In this document: positions 32,759 through 40,342 of the stretch, piece after piece
Position numbering within the stretch: position 1 is the first letter of the stretch
Layout: each line of letters begins with the position of its first letter
Assembly: GCA_963770645.1 (NCBI GenBank)
Contig: CAVYQL010000002.1
Span: 146,586-210,585, forward strand
Source of the DNA: an uncultured Acidimicrobiaceae bacterium
Lineage (GTDB): Bacteria; Actinomycetota; Acidimicrobiia; Acidimicrobiales; RAAP-2
Direction of reading: 5' to 3'
DNA length: 64,000 nt
The notes under the pieces: generated by a model
Seen by the model: only the letters and a program-made list of their open reading frames with translations
Database searches by the model: none
What the model was told of the DNA's origin: nothing
Made by a program: the position numbers and the translations under genes

Positions 32759-33372
32759 TGGCACGCAGCAACCAACGCGGGGGGACGACGTCTCGGCGCG
32801 CCCCCAAGGATCTCGGGCGCCGGATCAAGAAGAAGCCCTGCGCCCTGTGCCGCGACAAGGTCGAGTGGGTCGACTACAAGGACATCCCGATGCTGCGCAA
32901 GTACATGAGCGACCGCGGCAAGATCCGCTCGCGCCGGGTGACGGGCAACTGTGCGCAGCACCAGCGGGCGCTCGCCATGGCCATCAAGACGGCGCGTGAG
33001 CTCGTCCTGCTCCCGTACACGCAGCGCACCGTGACCGAGCGTCCGGGCGGCCGCGGCCGCGACCGCGACCGTGGAGAGCGGACGCTCGGCGACGTCACAC
33101 CAGGGGATCGTGGGGACCGCGGCGACCGCGGGGATCGCGGCGATCGCGGTGCCCGGCCACCGCGGAGTGAGGCCATCGCGGTCGAAGTGATCGACAACAC
33201 AGACGCCCTGGGCGACACCGAGACCGAGAATGCCGTGGCCGCGGAGGTCGGCGAGTTGGTCGAGGAGATGGTCGAGGACGCCGTGGCGAGTGAGGCCACG
33301 AACGGTGCCGAGGCAACCGGCGCCGCTGCGGGCGTCGCCGGTGCTGGCGGGGACGAAGGCGGGGCCGCATGA
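32758..33372 (+). CDS. rpsR: 30S ribosomal protein S18 with ~120-aa C-terminal extension
   Basis: ATG overlaps the ssb stop (TGATG). Core [52 protein letters not shown]. Followed by a (GDR)n repeat and an acidic tail up to the ATGA overlap with rplI. Confidence 0.85.
   Translation: MARSNQRGGTTSRRAPKDLGRRIKKKPCALCRDKVEWVDYKDIPMLRKYMSDRGKIRSRRVTGNCAQHQRALAMAIKTARELVLLPYTQRTVTERPGGRGRDRDRGERTLGDVTPGDRGDRGDRGDRGDRGARPPRSEAIAVEVIDNTDALGDTETENAVAAEVGELVEEMVEDAVASEATNGAEATGAAAGVAGAGGDEGGAA
33103..33150 (+). repeat. 5 x 9-bp in-frame tandem repeat (GDR units) in the rpsR extension
   Basis: ggggatcgt ggggaccgc ggcgaccgc ggggatcgc ggcgatcgc ggt. Confidence 0.9.
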
Positions 33373-33818
33373 AGGTGCTCTTGCGCGACGACGTGGCGGG
33401 CGTGGGCCGGCGCGGTGACATCGTCAAGGTCGCCGGCGGCTTCGCGCGCAACTTCTTGTTGCCTGAGGGCCGCGCCATCGTGGCGGGCGACGGCGTCGAG
33501 GGTCAGGCCGGGCAGATGCGCCGCCGGCGCGACCTACGCGAGGCCCAGGACCGCAGCGCGGCGGAGGCGCAGGCTGCGCTGCTGGCCGGCGCGGTGATCC
33601 CCATCAAGGCGCGGGCGGCCGGCGGGGGCCGTCTCTTCGGCTCGGTGGGTTCGGCCGAGGTGGCCGATGCCATCAGAGCGTCCAAGGGCGTCGAGGTGGA
33701 CCGCAGGCACGTGGTGCTGCCCGAGCAGATCAAGGAGACGGGCAGCTTCGAGGTGACCGTCGAGTTGTTCAGCGACGTATCGGTCGTCCTCACGGTAGAG
33801 GTCAGCCCCGTCAGCTGA
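33369..33818 (+). CDS. rplI: 50S ribosomal protein L9
   Basis: [32 protein letters not shown]. Confidence 0.95.
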   Translation: MKVLLRDDVAGVGRRGDIVKVAGGFARNFLLPEGRAIVAGDGVEGQAGQMRRRRDLREAQDRSAAEAQAALLAGAVIPIKARAAGGGRLFGSVGSAEVADAIRASKGVEVDRRHVVLPEQIKETGSFEVTVELFSDVSVVLTVEVSPVS

Positions 33819-33990
33819 GCGGACCGGTGTCCAGGTGGGAGAGGGTGTCGCCTGGGTGGCCCGCTCGATCATCGTGGGTTCGGCGCGTTGGGAACCCCGG
33901 TACGGGTGTGACAGCGCAGTGCTCATGATGTCGGGGTGACGGCGAAGGCGCTCCTCGGCGGGCTTGGGGGCCCGACCATTCGTTCACGGG

Positions 33991-34053
33991 TTATCCACAC
34001 CGCTGGCGTGCTTACACCCACAGTTACCCACATGACGAACGACCTTTCCCACA
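33991..34053 (+). promoter_or_regulatory. array of same-orientation DnaA-box-like motifs upstream of dnaB
   Basis: TTATCCACA (33991-33999, perfect E. coli-type consensus), TTACACCCACA (34012-34022), TTACCCACA (34024-34032), TTTCCCACA (34045-34053). Confidence 0.45.
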
Positions 34054-34104
34054 GCAAGTTCTTTCTTACGTTCCCCAGCTCCGTGCCGTCAGAGTAGGGG
34101 GGCC

Positions 34105-35496
34105 GTGGTCCAAGCCTTCGACGACACCCGCCCCCGTGCCCTCCGGCCGGCTTCTTCCTCCGCTGGCGCGGGCCCGCGGGTGCCTCCGCACGACCTCGAG
34201 GCCGAGCAGTCGCTCCTCGGGGCCATGCTGCTGTCCAACGACGCGGCGTCGGTGGGGATCGAGACCTGCTCGAGCGGTGACTTCTACAAACCGACGCACG
34301 GCCACATCTTCTCGGCTATCCGGGCCCTAATGGAGCGCGGCGAGGCTATCGACGCCGTCACGGTCACTGACGAGTTGAAGCGCTCGGGACTGCTCGAGCA
34401 GGTCGGTGACCCCTCCATCTTCATCTCGCTCCAGGCCAACACGCCCTCGATCGCCAACGCGCGGCACTACGCGCAGATCGTCGAGGAGCACTCCCTCCTG
34501 CGACGGCTGATCGGCGTGGCCGGCGACATCGCCGACATCGGCTACTCGGTTCCAGAGGACGTCAAGGGGGCGGTCGACGAGGCCGAGAAGCTCGTCTTCG
34601 ACGTGGGCGAGCGACGGACGGCCGACACCATGCGCCCGCTGCGCGAGCTGCTGGGCGCGGGACTCGACCGGATCGAGGAGCTGGGCCAGCGGGGCTCGCA
34701 CATCACGGGCGTGGCCACCGGCTACCACGAACTGGACAAGATCCTGCTCGGCTTCCAGCCGTCGTCGCTCAACATCGTGGGTGCTCGTCCCGGCATGGGA
34801 AAGACGAGCTTCGCGCTCGGCGTCCTGGCCAACGTGGGGCTCAACGTCGGACGGCCCGCGCTGTTGTTCTCTCTCGAGATGGGCCACCTCGAGCTCACCC
34901 AGCGGTTGCTCGCGTCCGAAGCCGAGGTCAACGGGCAGAGCCTGCAGACGGGGCGGATCCGCACACAGGACTGGAGCAAGATCGGAATGGCCGTCACCCG
35001 CCTCTCGGGCGCGCCGATCTTCATCGACGACAACCCCAACGTGACCGTGATGGACATCAGGGCCCGGGCGCGGCGGTTGAAGAAGTCCGAGGGAGATCTC
35101 GGGCTGGTGGTGGTCGACTACCTCCAGCTCATGACCGGGCGGGGGCGGGCCGAGAACCGCCAGACCGAGGTGGCCGAGATCAGCCGGGGCCTCAAGATCC
35201 TGGCCCGGGAACTCGAGGTTCCCGTCGTCGCCCTCTCTCAGCTGTCCCGTAACCTCGAGTCGCGTTCGGACAAGACGCCACAACTCTCGGACCTGCGCGA
35301 GTCAGGGTCACTCGAGCAGGACGCCGACGTCGTTCTCTTCATCTACCGCGAGTCGGAGTACAACGACGAGGTACCGATCGACCGCGCGGACGACGCGCTG
35401 GTCGAAGTGGCCAAACACCGAAACGGACCGACCGGCAAGGCCAATCTGCTCTTCCTCAAGCAGTACGCGCGTTTCGAGAACCACCGAGGGGTCTAG
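34105..35496 (+). CDS. dnaB: replicative DNA helicase DnaB
   Basis: PPHDLEAEQSLLGAML, GARPGMGKTSFAL Walker A, VVDYLQLM, RecA-like C-terminus. Normal length, no intein. Confidence 0.95.
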   Translation: MVQAFDDTRPRALRPASSSAGAGPRVPPHDLEAEQSLLGAMLLSNDAASVGIETCSSGDFYKPTHGHIFSAIRALMERGEAIDAVTVTDELKRSGLLEQVGDPSIFISLQANTPSIANARHYAQIVEEHSLLRRLIGVAGDIADIGYSVPEDVKGAVDEAEKLVFDVGERRTADTMRPLRELLGAGLDRIEELGQRGSHITGVATGYHELDKILLGFQPSSLNIVGARPGMGKTSFALGVLANVGLNVGRPALLFSLEMGHLELTQRLLASEAEVNGQSLQTGRIRTQDWSKIGMAVTRLSGAPIFIDDNPNVTVMDIRARARRLKKSEGDLGLVVVDYLQLMTGRGRAENRQTEVAEISRGLKILARELEVPVVALSQLSRNLESRSDKTPQLSDLRESGSLEQDADVVLFIYRESEYNDEVPIDRADDALVEVAKHRNGPTGKANLLFLKQYARFENHRGV

Positions 35497-36290
35497 GCAC
35501 CGGCGGCCGCCGGGAGCACGAAGCGATCGACGGCGTTGGCGAAACCTTCGTCCTCGTTGCTGGTGGTGACGCGTCGGGCGGCCCGCTTGACCTGGGGGTC
35601 GGCGTTGCCCATGGCGATGCACAGTCCTGAGTGGGCGAACATCAAGATGTCATTGGGCATGTCGCCGATGGTGGCGATCTCGGCCGGGTCGAGCTCGTAG
35701 CGTGCCGCGAGGAACTGGGCCACCGAGCCCTTGTTCGCCTCCGGGTGCGTCACGTCGAGGTAGTAGGGCTGTGAGGCGGCCGCGGTCACGTGGTCGCCGA
35801 AGTGCTCCGACGCGGCGAGGGCGGCCCGCTGCACCGCGTCGTGGTCGTCGCTCACCCCGACCAGCTTCGCCACGCCGTCGGTGAGACCGTCGAGACTGGT
35901 CATGACCTTGGGCTCGAATTTCACCGTCCATGCCTCCCGGTCGACATGGGGACCCTTGGGGTCGGGCACGTACCAGTCGGCGCCGCGGTAGAGCCAGACG
36001 ACCAGCTTGAACGAGTGCATCAGGTCGACCACCGGCTGCACGAGGTCCTCGGGCAGTACGTGCTGTTCGATGACCTTCATGTCCCGGTCGACCAGCAGGC
36101 CGCCGTTGAAGGCGGCGATCGGCGTCTGGAGGTCCAGGGGGTCGATGAGCATCTGCATGCCGCGGGGCGGGCGGCCGCTGGTGATGGCGAAGAGGACGCC
36201 GGCGTTGCGCAGACGGCCGACTGCCGCGATCGCGTCGTCGGTCAGCACCTTGTCGTTGGTGACCAGCGTGCCGTCGACGTCGGCCAGCAT
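35493..36290 (-). CDS. Cof-type HAD-IIB phosphatase
   Basis: LMLADVDGTLV (DxD motif), ITSGRP, GDMPNDILMF. The true start may lie slightly upstream with a non-ATG/GTG codon. Confidence 0.8.
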   Translation of the reverse strand: MLADVDGTLVTNDKVLTDDAIAAVGRLRNAGVLFAITSGRPPRGMQMLIDPLDLQTPIAAFNGGLLVDRDMKVIEQHVLPEDLVQPVVDLMHSFKLVVWLYRGADWYVPDPKGPHVDREAWTVKFEPKVMTSLDGLTDGVAKLVGVSDDHDAVQRAALAASEHFGDHVTAAASQPYYLDVTHPEANKGSVAQFLAARYELDPAEIATIGDMPNDILMFAHSGLCIAMGNADPQVKRAARRVTTSNEDEGFANAVDRFVLPAAAGA

Positions 36291-36446
36291 GAGTCGGATC
36301 GGGAGGGGCGGCGGCGTCGGCGATCCAGCGGGCGCGGGTGCGATGCGGTGATGGTAGCGGCGGCTTGGGGGCCCAGCTTCGGGTGATCGCAGAGGTGAGA
36401 TGCGTCCGCCGAGACCGGCTCGGGGCAGGGAGGGAGCTCGCCGACT

Positions 36447-36538
36447 CTATATGCGGCCTTCGTTAACTGGGGGTGTTTACGGAAGGATATCGGGATATCT
36501 TTCGTTAATGGGGGGGGGTTTCGGAAGGCTGCATATAC
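36447..36538. repeat. composite ~92-bp element: 11-bp outer inverted repeat enclosing two ~30-bp direct repeats, each able to form a hairpin
   Basis: cTATATGCgGCC ... GGCtGCATATAc. DR1 ccTTCGTTAAcTGGGGGtGTTTaCGGAAGG (36457-36486), DR2 ctTTCGTTAAtGGGGGGGGGTTT-CGGAAGG (36499-36528). Run of 9 G at 36510-36518. GATATC x2 lies between the repeats. Confidence 0.6.
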
Positions 36539-36632
36539 GGGCGCAATGACGATCCCGGAGATTCGGCCGATGAGGGACGACGCCGACGGTTTCCGTGCGC
36601 TTGGTCTCTCCAACCCCGGGTATACCGCCTGC

Positions 36633-37034
36633 ATGGCCCACGACACCGTTCCCGCCAGCCACCGTGACCTCCTCGACGGTCGCTTCGCCACCTTGGCGAC
36701 CGTGGGTGAGGACGGCTACCCGCAAGTCTCGGAGGTGTGGTTCCTCGCCGAGGGCGACCGGATCGGCATCTCGCTGAGCACGGCTCGGCAGAAGACACGG
36801 AACCTCCTCGGCGAGCCCGCCTGCACGGTCTTTCTGCTCGACCTGGCCAACCCCTTTCGGTACCTCGAGATCCGCGGCAACGCGGAGGTCACACCCGACG
36901 AGGATGGAGCGTTTGCCGAGAAGGTCGGCGCGAAATACGACTCCGACCTGAGCCAGTACGACCGCCCAGGAGACGAGCGAGTCATCGTTCGCATCGTGCC
37001 GGTGCGGGTCAACGCGGTCGACATGAGCGGCTAG
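36633..37034 (+). CDS. PPOX-class (pyridoxamine 5'-phosphate oxidase-like) probable F420-dependent enzyme
   Basis: ASHRDLLDGRFATLATVGEDGYPQVSEVWF...LEIRGNAEV pattern. Start ATG 36633 preferred over ATG 36546. Confidence 0.7.
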   Translation: MAHDTVPASHRDLLDGRFATLATVGEDGYPQVSEVWFLAEGDRIGISLSTARQKTRNLLGEPACTVFLLDLANPFRYLEIRGNAEVTPDEDGAFAEKVGAKYDSDLSQYDRPGDERVIVRIVPVRVNAVDMSG

Positions 37035-37043
37035 CGAGCGCCC

Positions 37044-37850
37044 TCACGAGCGCGTCGCAGGCAGGTCCACGATGTCGGCCAGCCCCGGTGCGCCCGCGCG
37101 GCGGGCGCGGCGGCGGACCAGCCGCCACCCGAGGACACAGCCACCGGCCAGCGCGACCAGAGCGCCGGCCCACGGCGAGACGAGGTAGCCGAAGAGCACC
37201 GCCGCTGCGTACTCGGTGGCGATCACGACGGTGAGCACGACCGGTCCGAGGCTGGTGAAGCGGCGGTGGAACGCGGCCAGCGTGGCCGGGCTCGTGATGG
37301 GACGCCCGAGGAAGACGGCAAGGCCGCGCACCAAGCCGAACAGCGCGCCGAGCACCACCGCGGCCCACCATGAGCCGGTCAACACAGACAGGACCGCCAG
37401 CAGGTACACGCCGGCGGTCCTGATGTAGGTCACGAACCCCGTGCCGATCTGCCAACCGAAGCCGGCGCCGTAGACCCACGGCCGGAACTGGTCGAGCCAG
37501 CGCTCATTGACCTGGCGATGGTGCACCGGGAGCGCGAGCCCGCCGACCTGCGCGTCCGAGGCTGCGCTGACCACTGACGCGGCGCAAGCCAGCAGCGCCA
37601 AGGTCACGGGCGAGAGCCCCGCCGCGCCCACGCCCAGCGCGACAACCCCCAGCGCCAGCCCGAGTGTCACCCCGCCCGCCACGGAACCGGCGACGAACCA
37701 CAGTGCGGTCGCGCGGTAGCGATGGCCCCGCCCGGCTTCGGCCAGCGGCGTGATCGTTGCCAGCATCGAGACCCCGCACGGCGACCAGGTGGAGCGGGCG
37801 GCCGCGACGACAGCCACCACGGCGGCGGAGACACCGGGCACGATGGTCAT
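37044..37850 (-). CDS. polytopic membrane protein, DsbD/CcdA-like (SPC motif), last gene of the mau-like operon
   Basis: ATG 37850 with AGGAA upstream. About 6 hydrophobic segments. STWSPCGVSML resembles the conserved Cys-containing first TM of DsbD-family electron transporters. Only the last 268 codons of the 684-aa track ORF are real. Confidence 0.5.
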   Translation of the reverse strand: MTIVPGVSAAVVAVVAAARSTWSPCGVSMLATITPLAEAGRGHRYRATALWFVAGSVAGGVTLGLALGVVALGVGAAGLSPVTLALLACAASVVSAASDAQVGGLALPVHHRQVNERWLDQFRPWVYGAGFGWQIGTGFVTYIRTAGVYLLAVLSVLTGSWWAAVVLGALFGLVRGLAVFLGRPITSPATLAAFHRRFTSLGPVVLTVVIATEYAAAVLFGYLVSPWAGALVALAGGCVLGWRLVRRRARRAGAPGLADIVDLPATRS

Positions 37851-37881
37851 GGCAATTCCTTTCGTCGATCTCGAGGGCAGT

Positions 37882-39282
37882 TCATGCCGGCGACCCCAAG
37901 AAGGGCGCCGTGCCGAAGGCGAAGATCCCGCCGTCCGCCGCGACGAGCCAGTAGCCCGCGTCGTCACCGAAGGGGGCCATCCCGACGACGGGCATGGCGA
38001 GCTTGAGCGAACCGGTCGACCCGTCGAACGCCGCGTCGCCGTAGGCGAATATCCCGCCGTCCGCCGCGACGAGCCAGTAGCCGCGCCCCGAGGGCGTGGC
38101 GGCCATGCCCACCACCGGCGCGTTGAGCGGCCGGCCCCCCATGGACCCGAGGAAGGGCGCGTCGCCGTAGGCGAAGATCCCGCCGTCCGCCGCCACCAGC
38201 CAGTAGCCGCTCCCCGAGGGCGTCGCGGCCATGCCCACCACCGGCGCGTTGAGCGGCCGGCCCCCCATGGACCCGAGGAAGGGCGCGTCGCCGTAGTCGA
38301 AGATGCCGCCGTCGGCCGCGACGAGCCAGTAGCCCGATCCGGTCGCGGCGCCCGCCATGCCGACCACGGGCGCGTTGAGCGCTTGGCCCCCCATGGACCC
38401 GAGGAACGGCGCCCCGCCGTAGTCGAAGATGCCGCCGTCGGCCGCGGCGAGCCAGTAGCCGCCGGTGAAGCAGGCGGCGCCCCCCACGACCGGCGCATCG
38501 AGGTGGAGCCCGGACGCGTCGCCCGCATTCGTGAAGTCGCCGTAACCGAGCAGCAGCCCGAAGGAGGTGAGGACCGCGTAGCCGCCTCCGTCGACGCTCG
38601 GCACCATCCCGACCACCTGGCAGTTCGTGGTCGGCGAGTCGCACGGGGGCATCGGCGGCGCGGGCGTCCAGCAGGACTCGTTCTGCTCGGCCGTCGAGTT
38701 GTCGACCGCCACCGCGGTCGTGCACGTGGGGTCGACCTGCCAGGGTGGCACGCAGGCGACGACGCGGCACACGATGCGTCCCAGGCACTCGACGTCCTGG
38801 TTGCACTGGCCGTACCGGAACTGCAGGCAGCCGGTGAGAAAGGAGTTGCACCCCTGGGACCCACAGCCGCAATTGGTCCCGTCGCACTCGGTCTCACAGA
38901 ACGGAAAGCCGCCGCTGCACCCGGCCGCGCAACTACAGGTCGAGTTGCAGTCCATGTAATAGCGCGGCCCGTTGCAGTAGGAGGAGCCCTCCGCGACCCA
39001 CCAGCCACCCATGATGGTGTTCTCGGGGCAGTAGTTGTACCCGCTGACCGCGCAGCAGAACTCCGAGAAGCCCGAGCAGCACGTGCTCCCGCAGTCACAG
39101 CCGGCGTTCCCGCATTCGCAGATCTGGCCGTACGCGGTGCCCGGTCGCAGCGCGAGGTCGAGCCCGGACCCGATGGCGACCGCGCTGCCGACGAACGCGG
39201 AACGGTTGATCAGGTTGCGGCGCGACAACCGACTCTCGAGCGCGCGCGCCGTGCGCGTCACGAGCGCGGTGGACAGACTCAC
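37882..39282 (-). CDS. Tat-signal protein: MauA-like (methylamine dehydrogenase light-chain-like) Cys-rich domain fused to ~6 x 42-aa propeller-like repeats
   Basis: GTG 39282 in a GTGA overlap with the upstream stop. SRRNLINRSAFVGSAVAIGSG twin-arginine leader. About 28 Cys in ~170 aa, including GCDCG...NYCPENTIMGGWWVAEGSSYCNGPRYYMDC, which parallels MauA ICDCSG...NCPPGTKLATASWVASCYNPTDGQSYLIAYRDCC (recalled). Then repeats GYWLVAADGGIFxYGDAPFLGSMGGxxLNAPVVGMAxxxxGx. Confidence 0.6.
   Translation of the reverse strand: MSLSTALVTRTARALESRLSRRNLINRSAFVGSAVAIGSGLDLALRPGTAYGQICECGNAGCDCGSTCCSGFSEFCCAVSGYNYCPENTIMGGWWVAEGSSYCNGPRYYMDCNSTCSCAAGCSGGFPFCETECDGTNCGCGSQGCNSFLTGCLQFRYGQCNQDVECLGRIVCRVVACVPPWQVDPTCTTAVAVDNSTAEQNESCWTPAPPMPPCDSPTTNCQVVGMVPSVDGGGYAVLTSFGLLLGYGDFTNAGDASGLHLDAPVVGGAACFTGGYWLAAADGGIFDYGGAPFLGSMGGQALNAPVVGMAGAATGSGYWLVAADGGIFDYGDAPFLGSMGGRPLNAPVVGMAATPSGSGYWLVAADGGIFAYGDAPFLGSMGGRPLNAPVVGMAATPSGRGYWLVAADGGIFAYGDAAFDGSTGSLKLAMPVVGMAPFGDDAGYWLVAADGGIFAFGTAPFLGSPA
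37885..38586 (-). repeat. 126-bp (42-codon) tandem repeats, about 5.5 copies; the central copies are nearly identical
   Basis: Units starting at 38041 and 38167 differ at only a handful of positions over 126 bp. The outer copies are progressively more diverged. Confidence 0.9.
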
Positions 39283-39860
39283 GACCCGACCATCCCCTTG
39301 GCCGGCGTCGGCCGGACCAGGCGGCGCGCGCCTTCGAGTGCGGCGAGCGACGAGAGCGCCAGCAGGCTCAGCCAGAGCCCGACCACGCTCACGAACAGCA
39401 GGGGGACCCCGGCCCAAGGCTGATGAGCGAGCTCGTCGAGGAGCGTCCCGTGCGACGGGGCGGTGGCGGCGACGACGGCCGCGGCGACGGCGAGGGTCAG
39501 GTCGAGCAGCAGGTGGACGCTCGTCGGCGGCGTGTCCGGCCGTCCGAAGCAGCCGCAAGTCGCGAGTGGGCCGCCGCGCCAGCGTGCGTAGGTGACGACG
39601 GCGCCGAAGGCCGCGTAGGAGAGCGCGACGAGGGCCGCCGTGAGCGGCCGGGGCAGCACCAGCGCGGCGATCCCAAGAACAGCTTCTGCCGACGCGCCGG
39701 CACGTACGAGCCGCCGTGTCGAGCCGAGCGAGGGTGCGGCACGGCCCCGAGTGGCGAGGGCGCCGAGGGCGCGCGCCGTGTCGTCGGGGTGGAGTGCCTT
39801 GGCCACGCCGGCGACCACGAGCAGCCCCGCCGCGACGAGGTAGAGACCGATCAGCTCCAC
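39279..39860 (-). CDS. MauE/DoxX-family redox-associated membrane protein
   Basis: GTG 39860 (VELIGLYLVAAGLLVVAGVAKAL). Four hydrophobic segments with CGCFG between them, as in MauE-family proteins (recalled). Confidence 0.65.
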   Translation of the reverse strand: MELIGLYLVAAGLLVVAGVAKALHPDDTARALGALATRGRAAPSLGSTRRLVRAGASAEAVLGIAALVLPRPLTAALVALSYAAFGAVVTYARWRGGPLATCGCFGRPDTPPTSVHLLLDLTLAVAAAVVAATAPSHGTLLDELAHQPWAGVPLLFVSVVGLWLSLLALSSLAALEGARRLVRPTPAKGMVGS

Positions 39861-40339
39861 CCGGGCCCCGCGGGCGCGTCGACGGGCGCGGCCGGGCTCA
39901 CGCCCAGCGCTTTGAGGAGCGCGTTGACGCGCGGGACGAGGGTGGTGCGGCGCGCGTGGCTGCCCAGTACCGCGTAGAAGGAGAACGGCCGGCCCGCTTC
40001 GGTGAAGAACCACTGGGTGCCCGACTGACCGGGGATACCGCGTCGAAGCACGGTGGGGGAGAAGTCCGCCGCCGAGAGCCCGGCGGGCCGGCCCTGGTGC
40101 GCGAACAAGGCGGTGCCGAGGCTCTCGGGCCCGTACTCGAACAGCGTGGCGAACACGTCGGCGGGTCCCATGATGGACACCGCACCGCTCCCGAAGTCGC
40201 CGGTGTCATCGGGCAGCGGGAACGTGGAGAACTGCGCCACCGGGTAGCTCGAGCCGACGAAGGTCGGCCGCACGATGATCCGGCCCTCGAAGCCTTCGGG
40301 GAGCCGGGCCGAGATGCCGTGCGCGCCGATGGTGGCCAT
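39851..40339 (-). CDS. hypothetical protein (no signal peptide, no recognised domain) inside the mau-like operon
   Basis: 162-aa ORF with balanced composition. Its ATG lies 3 nt after the upstream stop, and its 3' end overlaps the next start by 10 nt. Confidence 0.5.
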   Translation of the reverse strand: MATIGAHGISARLPEGFEGRIIVRPTFVGSSYPVAQFSTFPLPDDTGDFGSGAVSIMGPADVFATLFEYGPESLGTALFAHQGRPAGLSAADFSPTVLRRGIPGQSGTQWFFTEAGRPFSFYAVLGSHARRTTLVPRVNALLKALGVSPAAPVDAPAGPGWS

Positions 40340-40342
40340 GGC

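Noticed and set aside
34105-35496. Intein or mobile insertion in dnaB (also checked in gyrA)
   Set aside because: DnaB is a normal 463 aa with contiguous helicase motifs. The gyrA interruption is a single-base frameshift, not an insertion.
37044-39423. 684-aa minus ORF (37044..39098), 557-aa plus ORF (37750..39423) and 307-aa ORF (37964..38887) over the MauA-like gene
   Set aside because: Only the last 268 codons of the 684-aa ORF form a believable membrane protein with its own SD/ATG. The others are alternative-frame or antisense readings of the 126-bp repeats (Arg/Pro/Gly-rich).
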